Below are positions 56,453 through 64,000 of a DNA stretch of 64,000 nt, piece after piece (position 1 is the stretch's first letter; every line of letters begins with the position of its first letter). Source of the DNA: Candidatus Saccharimonadia bacterium (GTDB lineage: Bacteria; Patescibacteriota; Saccharimonadia; UBA4664); the NCBI GenBank assembly GCA_036488585.1, contig DASXHH010000021.1:1478-65477 (forward strand). Direction: 5' to 3'. A model generated the notes under the pieces. That model made no database searches. It saw only the letters and a program-made list of their open reading frames with translations, and was not told where the DNA came from. The position numbers and the translations under genes are program-made.

Positions 56453-57079
56453 CTAATAACATGTGTTCGGCCATGGACTGCACCCGCGCTCGTTCAATAG
56501 CATTTGGGCGCGCATGTCTTGCTCGGCAGGCGAAGCGTTCGACGGCAGTCCGCTGCCCCCCACACCCTGCCAGGTATCCAACGTAAACTGGTATGCACCA
56601 TAGAAGCCGTTACCGGTGTTGGCAGCGTAATTACCGCCCGATTCTCTCATTCGGATGCGTTCAAGTAAGCCAGAAGCCCCACCCGCATAGTTCGCCGGCG
56701 CGGACGACACGGTGTTGTGCGCTGGCTCGATCTGTCCGCCCTGCGGCGCATAGGTCCGCGGCGGCAGAGCCGTCATATCTGCCGGCAACGGCCGGTCCGC
56801 GGTAGTGCCGCTCGGCACTGCCAACTTCTGGTTAGCATAGATCAGATCCGGATTCTGTATATCCGGATTAGCATTCCACAACGGCCGCCAGCTTTCTAGT
56901 TGCTGGCCCTGTGCGATCGTGGACAAACTATCACCTTGCTGCACCACGTACGTCTTGGGCGACGGCGGCGTCGGGTTGGCCTTTGGAGCCGTCCCGCTGC
57001 CATCACTAGCCAGCGCGTTCCCGCCCATAATAGCCGCCGCCCCCAGGCCAGCAGCCAACGTTAGTAACCATTTGTGCAT
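56453..57079 (-). CDS. secreted LysM plus Rpf-like transglycosylase-like domain protein
   Basis: Signal peptide, LysM YVVQQGDSLSTIA, and C-terminal ESGGNYAANTGNGFYGAYQFTLDTW. SD AAGGAG. Confidence 0.75.
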   Translation of the reverse strand: MHKWLLTLAAGLGAAAIMGGNALASDGSGTAPKANPTPPSPKTYVVQQGDSLSTIAQGQQLESWRPLWNANPDIQNPDLIYANQKLAVPSGTTADRPLPADMTALPPRTYAPQGGQIEPAHNTVSSAPANYAGGASGLLERIRMRESGGNYAANTGNGFYGAYQFTLDTWQGVGGSGLPSNASPAEQDMRAQMLLNERGCSPWPNTCY

Positions 57080-57497
57080 TGCACTCCTTTCATACGCGAA
57101 CGGATAAGTGAACGCCAGATCGCAACTCCACCCACCGGAACGCGAACTTGTTAACACAAGGCAAAACCCTACAGTAAATAAAAAATGTGTTCAATTGGTG
57201 CTTGTTCCAAAAAACGCTCATACTTTACGGCAGACCGCTTGTAAACATGACCAAAAATGTGTCTATATCGCTTATGCTTAAACCTCTTAACCATGTCAGA
57301 CAAAAGTGGCGTAATACTATAGATATTTTTCGGCAAATATGTAAGAGCTAGCATTCGTGGGTAAATACCAACCTATTATGCTTATGTAGGTAACATTTCA
57401 TATCAAGCGGTCCGACGCACCGTTTATACCGCTTTCGCTTATTGACATTGAAGCTCACATTTTGCATGCTTAACGTACAAAAAACGAGCCAAAATAT

Positions 57498-59114
57498 ATG
57501 AGCCTCAAAGCCCATCATGGAGCAGTTTTCTTATTTATAGGATCGATTGCTCTAGTCTCACTGGCATGGCTCGGATTGCCATCGGGAGCCGTTGCCACCT
57601 GTTCCAGCGGCGCCAACGTCGCCATCATCGCCCCTATCGCCAACGCTACCATGTCCGGCTCGCAAACCCTCAAAGCCACCACCAGCGGCGCTACAATGCC
57701 GGCCGACGTCACCTTTATGATTACGGCGCCCAACCAAATCGTGCTGGGCGACACCGGTCCTAGCGGCAGTACCAACTCTGATTGGTCGCTCAGCTGGGAC
57801 AGCCGGAGCGTACCCGATGGAGGCTACCAGATCTCAGCCGTTGCCCACTACGGCTCTAACTCTACTTACGACTGCCTCAGCGCGCCGGTGCCGGTGAACG
57901 TGATTAACTCGCAAGCCCCAGGCACGCAAGCCCCAACACTCAGTGCCACCATCTCGCCCGGCTCATGGGAAGGCGTGCCCGGCCAAACCCGGCAATTTAG
58001 CGTTACCGGAGTTTACACCGACCAGCTGGGTGTCCAGCATCCTATCTCGGCCTCGAGCGGAGCCACCTTCAAATGGAGCACCAACGGCGGGGTGCTCGCG
58101 GGCAACGGCACACCCGTTGTTACACTCACCGACGCGCCCACCGTCGGCAGCTATAACTTAGGCGTAATTATTACCATGAATGGTCTCACGGTCGAAAAGT
58201 CAGTACCAGTGGGAATTGTGGCGACTAGCTCGGGCAGCAGCCCCGGCGGTCCGACACCTTCATCGGCGCCGTCCACCACCACTACCACCGTGTCGGGTAA
58301 CAATACACCCATCACTACCAGTCTCACGCCCCAGCAAGCAGCGACCCTGGCCACCATGCCCACCATCTTCCGCCCGCAAAACCCCACCAACTCCGATCCG
58401 GTCGTGCCGGTCCAAACTCTGGGTTGTCTGGCCGAAAAATTAGGCGCCAACTTTAACAAGATCGCCAGCGGCCAGCAGCCAGCCTCCACCGACGATCGCC
58501 TCAAGGGCTCAGGTTGCTTTAGCGGTTCAGCCAAAATCCCCGCCAGCTTGGCGCCAGTAACACCCACCATCGTCTCCGACCTACCCGCCTCCACCGATAT
58601 CGTTAGCGTTACAGGGCTCAAAAACGAAACCATCACCAACAAATCAGGCCAAAAGATTACCGCCATTTTACTAAACGGCACCGGCGTGCCCAACACCAAC
58701 ATTTTCCTCTACATCTTCTCCGACCCTATGGTGCTTCGAGCGCAAACCGATAGCGCCGGCAAATGGTCCTATGTGCTCGAAAATCCGCTCAAGCCCGGGC
58801 ATCACGAGATTTACGCAGTATCCCAAAAAGACGCGAGCACGTTCGTGCGCACCCCCGCCGTACCGGTCGCCATCGCTGCCGCCTCGTCTGGCAGCCAAGA
58901 CGGCAGCCTCATAATCGAACACTCGCTGCAGCCGGCTCAAGTTACCTTCGTCGCCGCTGCCGTCGTAATGGTGGCCCTGGGGCTACTCTTGCTAATCCAA
59001 CTGCGCCGCCGCCCACGCCCAGGCGCTATCGTTCCGGCTGCGGACCAACCGTTGCTAGCCTCGACACCGCCGACCACACCGACCCCAAACGAGCACCATG
59101 ACCCTCAAACTTAA
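57498..59114 (+). CDS. large surface protein: signal peptide, Ig-like/Big-type beta domains, Thr/Pro-rich linkers, C-terminal TM anchor
   Basis: Composition and topology only. An AT-rich 330-nt promoter region lies upstream. Confidence 0.5.
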   Translation: MSLKAHHGAVFLFIGSIALVSLAWLGLPSGAVATCSSGANVAIIAPIANATMSGSQTLKATTSGATMPADVTFMITAPNQIVLGDTGPSGSTNSDWSLSWDSRSVPDGGYQISAVAHYGSNSTYDCLSAPVPVNVINSQAPGTQAPTLSATISPGSWEGVPGQTRQFSVTGVYTDQLGVQHPISASSGATFKWSTNGGVLAGNGTPVVTLTDAPTVGSYNLGVIITMNGLTVEKSVPVGIVATSSGSSPGGPTPSSAPSTTTTTVSGNNTPITTSLTPQQAATLATMPTIFRPQNPTNSDPVVPVQTLGCLAEKLGANFNKIASGQQPASTDDRLKGSGCFSGSAKIPASLAPVTPTIVSDLPASTDIVSVTGLKNETITNKSGQKITAILLNGTGVPNTNIFLYIFSDPMVLRAQTDSAGKWSYVLENPLKPGHHEIYAVSQKDASTFVRTPAVPVAIAAASSGSQDGSLIIEHSLQPAQVTFVAAAVVMVALGLLLLIQLRRRPRPGAIVPAADQPLLASTPPTTPTPNEHHDPQT

Positions 59115-60477
59115 CCGACAACAGCGCGAGCTCATCTACTCGACCGCGCTCATCATCCTCATTCCCGCCTGCATGATCGGCAGCACGCTCTGGCTAACCA
59201 GCCAAGTCAAGCAGGACTTCGACCAAGAACTTCGGCGCAAAGCCAACCTCGCCAACGAGGTTTTTAACGTCTCGGTCCAAAACGCCCTCACAACCGGGAC
59301 TGCCGCCCACGCGGCACCCGTTATCCAAGGGCTTATCAACCAGACCGTAACGCAAGCTCCCGACATTGACCTGCTGGGCGTCTCAGTACCCTCCGGCTCG
59401 GGTTTCACCGTCCTGGCTGACTCCGATCCAACCCGCACTGGCCAAGCCGACACTACCATCCAAACCCAAGTCGCCAAGTCCGAAGCCCAGCCCGTTGCCA
59501 GCCTGATCGCTATGGGAGAAGCCGGCAGCCGTGAATGGCTAGTAGCCACTCCGGTCACCACTGAAACCGGCCGGCTCCTCGCTGTCACCACCATACGGGT
59601 CTCACTGCACTCAGCTGACGGCGCCATGAACACCACCCTCCGTAACGCCCTCATCATGCTATCGGTGATGATTTCGGTAATCGTATTGCTACTCCTACAC
59701 CATTTCCGCTTCGTCGAGTACGCCGAATTATTCCGCAAACAAAAAGAACTCGACCAGCTAAAAGACGATTTTATTAGCATTGCCACCCACGAACTCAAGG
59801 CGCCCATAACGCTAATAAAGGGCTACATCTCGATGGTGCTCGAAATGAAGCTCACCAAAGATGCCCGCGATCAGCTTCAAATTGCCTTCGACCAAACCGA
59901 CCGGCTAGGCCGCCTCGTCACCGACTTGCTCGACGTGTCACGCATCGAGCAAGGCCGCACCAAGTACAACATAACCACCGTCAACCTGCCCGCCACCATC
60001 AACCCTATGATGGCCAACTTTGAGATCAAGGCCAACGATAAGAACCTTCACCTCAGCTACAAGCCTCCCGCTGATCTACCGCCAGTAGCCGCTGATCCCG
60101 ACCGCGTCATGGAGGTCTTCACCAACCTCATCGACAACGCCATTAAATATTCGCGGACCGGCACGGTTACCGTCTCTCACGCCTCCGCCCCCACCACCGT
60201 CACCACCACCGTCTCCGACACTGGCATCGGCATGACCCCCGATGAGCAATCACGGCTGTTTCAGCGCTTCTACCGTGCCCGCAACGACGACACCAAAGAC
60301 ATCGCTGGCACCGGCCTCGGCCTCTGGATTATCAAGCAATACATCGAACACATGGGTGGCAGTATCCAAGTACAAAGCCAGAAGGGGAAAGGAACGAGCT
60401 TCATTGTCACGCTCAACCGCGCCAACCCAGCACCGCCACCACCTGACGGGCTGAGCCCAGTGCACGATCCCGCCTGA
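59098..60477 (+). CDS. sensor histidine kinase (2 TM, extracytoplasmic loop, HisKA, HATPase_c), with no adjacent response regulator
   Basis: H-box IATHELKAPITLIKG, N-box IDNAIKYS, G-boxes DTGIGM and GTGLGL. Confidence 0.85.
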   Translation: MTLKLNRQQRELIYSTALIILIPACMIGSTLWLTSQVKQDFDQELRRKANLANEVFNVSVQNALTTGTAAHAAPVIQGLINQTVTQAPDIDLLGVSVPSGSGFTVLADSDPTRTGQADTTIQTQVAKSEAQPVASLIAMGEAGSREWLVATPVTTETGRLLAVTTIRVSLHSADGAMNTTLRNALIMLSVMISVIVLLLLHHFRFVEYAELFRKQKELDQLKDDFISIATHELKAPITLIKGYISMVLEMKLTKDARDQLQIAFDQTDRLGRLVTDLLDVSRIEQGRTKYNITTVNLPATINPMMANFEIKANDKNLHLSYKPPADLPPVAADPDRVMEVFTNLIDNAIKYSRTGTVTVSHASAPTTVTTTVSDTGIGMTPDEQSRLFQRFYRARNDDTKDIAGTGLGLWIIKQYIEHMGGSIQVQSQKGKGTSFIVTLNRANPAPPPPDGLSPVHDPA

Positions 60478-60484
60478 CACCGGG

Positions 60485-60568
60485 CCGAGTGATCTGAGCC
60501 TGCTGATCGGCCTACCCGCTCTAGCAGCCGCCGGCCGCAGCTACATCCGCGCCAGACTGCAGAAATAA
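60485..60568 (+). repeat. degenerate copy of the C-terminal cell-wall sorting-signal coding segment of the downstream LPXTG gene
   Basis: About 75% nucleotide similarity to 61112..61198. Translates ...SDLSLLIGLPALAAAGRSYIRARLQK* with no LPXTG. Confidence 0.6.
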
Positions 60569-60690
60569 CCTTCCAGTCTCACCACCAAAAAGACGGTTCC
60601 TTTTCGGGAGCCGCCTTTTGGTATTGACAAAAATATAGTTCTCATGTATAATAATCGCCATTCGATAAAATATCGAGGAGTTTACATCTA

Positions 60691-61197
60691 ATGATTATCA
60701 ACAAACTGGCCATTACCGGCCTGGCTAGCGTCGCGATTGCTGCCGCCGCTGCTTCTCCCGCTCTGGCTTGTGACCACAAGCCCGCTCAGAAGCCCGCTGT
60801 GCACCAGACCGTCGTTACCCATAAGACCGACTGCGATCACAAGATTGTGGTTCAGCCTAAGCCCCAGGCCAACAAGGATTGCGATCACACAGTCGTGACC
60901 CCTAAGCCGGTTGAAAAGCCCAAGACCGATTGTGACCACAAGACCGTGGAGCAGCCGAAGCCGGCCCCCAAACCAACCCAGCCCAAGACCGATTGTGACC
61001 ACAAGGTCACTCCGGGCAAGGGTAGCACTACTACTCCGGCCCCCAAGCCTCAGCCCGAGCAGCCGGCCGTCTTGAGTGCCACCACTCAGCCGACCACTCT
61101 ACCCCAAACTGGTGCAAATGACCTGAGCCTGCTAATTGGCCTGCCTTCCATGGCAGTAGCCGCCGGTGGTTACATCCGAGCCAAGCGCCAGAAGTAA
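60691..61197 (+). CDS. LPXTG-anchored surface protein with five (T)DCDH(K/T) repeats
   Basis: Signal peptide, 5 CDH repeats separated by K/P-rich spacers, then LPQTG plus hydrophobic stretch plus RAKRQK. Confidence 0.75.
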   Translation: MIINKLAITGLASVAIAAAAASPALACDHKPAQKPAVHQTVVTHKTDCDHKIVVQPKPQANKDCDHTVVTPKPVEKPKTDCDHKTVEQPKPAPKPTQPKTDCDHKVTPGKGSTTTPAPKPQPEQPAVLSATTQPTTLPQTGANDLSLLIGLPSMAVAAGGYIRAKRQK

Positions 61198-61280
61198 CAC
61201 TCAACCACACCAATTGCAGTTTGCCGGCGCCCCACAGATGGGGCGCCGGTTTGCTGTTGTCACGGTGAATAAGGAGAAGG

Positions 61281-61694
61281 CTACGGCTCGGTTGGCACCC
61301 GTTCAAACTGAAACAACATGCCATCATCGGGCGTCTCCATGGGTAGTAGCAGGTACGCCACCACACTGCCTAGCTCGCACACCGGCCGGATTGGATCGAT
61401 CCAGAATCCTTCATCGGTAATTCGGCAGCACCTGCCAGCGATGCCGTCCGGCCATAGAATGTCGCGATCGAGCTCTACGAGGTAGTGCTTTTCAGCGCTT
61501 CGTCGAGCGCCCCGCATCGGCGCCACTGCTAGCACCATCACATCGCACTCCTCCCACTCAATTGCATCATCAACGCGATGCTTCAGCCGCAACCGGTAGG
61601 GCATGCGAGGCCCCAGCCAGTAACCCTGAATAGCGTACTGTGTGTCGGCATCGAAATCGAGTTCACTGACACTCCGAAAATCTGAGGGCATCAC
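61281..61694 (-). CDS. hypothetical protein
   Basis: 137-aa ORF. Confidence 0.35.
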   Translation of the reverse strand: MMPSDFRSVSELDFDADTQYAIQGYWLGPRMPYRLRLKHRVDDAIEWEECDVMVLAVAPMRGARRSAEKHYLVELDRDILWPDGIAGRCCRITDEGFWIDPIRPVCELGSVVAYLLLPMETPDDGMLFQFERVPTEP

Positions 61695-61825
61695 GCCTCA
61701 CCTCCTGGTCTAACCGTGTTGTCAACAGCGTCCACAATATGCCAGCAGTTATTACTGCCAGTCATGTTAAAACTTCCAAACTACTACCCCAACTAGCTGC
61801 CGGCCGGAGCGAGAATTAGGCTCTA

Positions 61826-62338
61826 TTAGACCTTAAAAGCCCACAACTTGTAGAGTGTGAAGTTCCATATCGCACTGCCCACCACGCCCATGCCAAACGC
61901 CACGGTCTTGATCATCCAGTTGTAAGTAATAGTATTGGGCAGCAATCCGGCCACACCGATTACCTGAAAACAATGGAACCAGAAGGCACCAAACGCCACC
62001 CCCGGCCCCGTACCCGAGAACAAAAACACCATTCCCGGCTGAATCGCCCATACGCTCACCAGCGTCGCCGCCAAGAATTTCACACCCGATTGTGCTAGCC
62101 CGGCATTGCTCTTAAATGTCCAGCGCCGATTCCAGTAGAAGCTGTTGATCATCGCTACCGAACCCGAAAAGAACTTCACCATATACGATTGGGCCGGCGG
62201 AACCCCCAAAAGGGTAGTAACGACTTGAAAAATAGTGAAGTCAATCAGGGTATTCGAAACCCCCACCACGGCAAATTTGCCGCCTTGCTTAGCTAATGCA
62301 GCCTCATCTTTTTTGGCAGATTTTTTGCGAGCAGGCAT
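61826..62338 (-). CDS. GtrA-family membrane protein
   Basis: KFAVVGVSNTLIDFTIFQVV... with 4 TM helices. The start is uncertain and could be as far up as 62392. Confidence 0.6.
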   Translation of the reverse strand: MPARKKSAKKDEAALAKQGGKFAVVGVSNTLIDFTIFQVVTTLLGVPPAQSYMVKFFSGSVAMINSFYWNRRWTFKSNAGLAQSGVKFLAATLVSVWAIQPGMVFLFSGTGPGVAFGAFWFHCFQVIGVAGLLPNTITYNWMIKTVAFGMGVVGSAIWNFTLYKLWAFKV

Positions 62339-62433
62339 GGTTTTTCTCTTATTTCTCACGGCAAGCATAACCATTTTGAGCGAATTTTTCAATCAAAAAA
62401 GCTCCGAGAGGAGTCTGTTTTGAGGGACAACTA

Positions 62434-62865
62434 CTAGTCCTGAAAGCAGATCTTCCCAGTTTTATGAGACTCAATATAGTTAGCCATCGGTGTAAACAGA
62501 GGAGAGGGGAGTTCATCCAACGAAAACCACTGCCACCCACCCTGCTTCTCTGGTTCGAGAAGCCGCGGTTCGCCGGACACCAGCTTAGCCGAATAACCAA
62601 TTCCGACCCAATGCGCATCGCGTTTGCCCCGATAGTTGATTACGCACAAGGCTCTCAAGTCACCAATTACCACATCCTTTCCACACTCTTCGGCGACTTC
62701 TCTTTTTATAGCGTATTCAAAGTCCTCCAGATACCCGAGTTCACCACCGGGACCGCCCCATTCACCGCGACCATTTTGGCTCTTGCGCTGATGAAGCAAT
62801 ATCTTGCCCTGAGAGTTAAGAAGCACCAAACCCAGGCCAACTCGAATAGAATTCTGCATCGCCAC
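62434..62865 (-). CDS. NUDIX hydrolase
   Basis: Nudix box GGPGGELGYLEDFEYAIKREVAEECG. Confidence 0.85.
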   Translation of the reverse strand: MAMQNSIRVGLGLVLLNSQGKILLHQRKSQNGRGEWGGPGGELGYLEDFEYAIKREVAEECGKDVVIGDLRALCVINYRGKRDAHWVGIGYSAKLVSGEPRLLEPEKQGGWQWFSLDELPSPLFTPMANYIESHKTGKICFQD

Positions 62866-63202
62866 AATTGACCTCCGTTTGCTCTGTCGCTAAGTATAAC
62901 CCTCGCTTCATCGACCAACAAAAAGCTCCAGTCAGCGAACTACATCACGATTAACTGGATTGCCCAGACAAGTCAAACGCAAAAGAGGCCCGCTTGAACC
63001 TCTTTCCATATACCTTTTGGTAGGCTACCGCATCGCCAATTGAACCTAATCAGAGGTGAGTTGCTAGCCGGGCACAAGTCTTAGCTCAATTACTCCTCGC
63101 TCAATTACTCCTCAGCCACACTACTAGCAGTTAGTGTACCATCCCCAGACATGAAGGAGGGCCCGAAGGCCGCGGATCCGTAGATCCTCTCCTTCGAGCC
63201 CG

Positions 63203-63958
63203 TCAGTCGACCACCAGTTGCGCGTCTTCACGCCAGAAAAGCACGAGGCCCTCCCACCAATCGGCTGACAGAGGCGGGTACTCCTGCCAGGTGTCCAACC
63301 GCCGCTTAGGAGTGCTGCGAGTCAGATGCTCGGCAACGACCTGCATCGACCGCCACTCAGCTGCGAGGCTACGGTGAACGCCACAGCAGTTGTCCGTAGC
63401 GCGCTCCTCGAACGGCGTCCGGCGATGTGACGCCACCAGCGCGTGCTGGTAGTACAGGAAGCGTCGGTAGAGCGCCGCGAAACCGTGGCGTTCATCGTCG
63501 TCGCTGATGTGGCCGAAGAAGTCGAGGGCGGACTTGGTGTGGATGACCGTCTTAGCGTAATGGCTGAAGCCTTCGGACGTCGTAACGACCTCATTCAGCC
63601 AGCCCCGGCAATCGATGCCGAGACTGCGCCAATGCATCTCCGAGCCGCTCTGGTACTGATGAACCTCGTCCAGGTCGGGCACCGGGAACGCAGCCGCCAG
63701 ACGCTGCCTGAGCGTCTCCACCTTGGCCTTAAGCTGGCGGTGAGGCTCGCAGCAGACCCAGGTCGGGAAGCCGTTTGAGCGGAGACAGCCAGGCTGCAAG
63801 CGCTGTGCTTCCAGATCTAGGCGCACCCGCTCCAGGTAGAGCTGGGCTGCATCCGCCAGCAGACCGGGATCGAGAGATGCCACCCACTGCTCAAGAAGCG
63901 GTAGTGACACGGAATTGTCCTCGGGGCGGCGGTAGTCGTTTCGTGACTTGGTAGGCAT
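63203..63958 (-). CDS. hypothetical protein
   Basis: 251-aa ORF with no recognisable motif. Confidence 0.4.
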   Translation of the reverse strand: MPTKSRNDYRRPEDNSVSLPLLEQWVASLDPGLLADAAQLYLERVRLDLEAQRLQPGCLRSNGFPTWVCCEPHRQLKAKVETLRQRLAAAFPVPDLDEVHQYQSGSEMHWRSLGIDCRGWLNEVVTTSEGFSHYAKTVIHTKSALDFFGHISDDDERHGFAALYRRFLYYQHALVASHRRTPFEERATDNCCGVHRSLAAEWRSMQVVAEHLTRSTPKRRLDTWQEYPPLSADWWEGLVLFWREDAQLVVD

Positions 63959-64000
63959 AAGAATGCCTTTCTTGCTAGTAGGTACGGTGAACTACTCACT

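Overview
This reads like a roughly 64 kb chromosomal segment from a high-GC Gram-positive-type bacterium, probably Actinobacteria-like. The pointers are the Pro/Ala/Thr-rich linkers, the Rpf-type transglycosylase, the sortase/LPXTG pair and the coproporphyrin-type heme genes. GC content was judged by eye only. The coding backbone is ordinary housekeeping: mscL, 3-methyladenine glycosylase, nfo, a class-IV aminotransferase, a translationally coupled heme operon hemC-hemD-hemQ-hemE-hemH, mreB, gltX, cmk, murD, and several envelope, polysaccharide and two-component genes. Two accessory regions stand out. The first is a low-GC, gene-poor island of about 4.8 kb (about 17.77-22.62 kb) abutting a tRNA-Leu(CAA) gene. 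It is built from small modules delimited by two recurring sequence motifs, one of which copies the tRNA 3'-terminal bases, and I found no integrase in it. The second is an approximately 11 kb block at host GC (about 30.5-41.95 kb) encoding a VirB4-centred type-IV-secretion-like apparatus. Its parts are a ParA-like ATPase, a VirB3-like protein, a VirB4-like ATPase, a pilin-like protein, an Fn3-containing polytopic VirB6-like protein, an anchored NTF2-like protein and a three-domain cell-wall hydrolase. It has no relaxase, coupling protein or integrase within its flanks in this window, and I take it to be the most likely undescribed or under-described system here. Other points worth a second look: a PP-loop protein translationally coupled to murD (a MurL/MurD2-like hypothesis), an LPXTG protein with five CDH repeats plus a duplicated sorting-signal remnant, an eRF1-like (baeRF) gene next to the heme operon, an N-terminally decapitated thermonuclease, and a degenerate YjeF_C-like protein. 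I found no CRISPR array or rRNA. All functional calls come from motif and architecture recognition by eye, with no database search.
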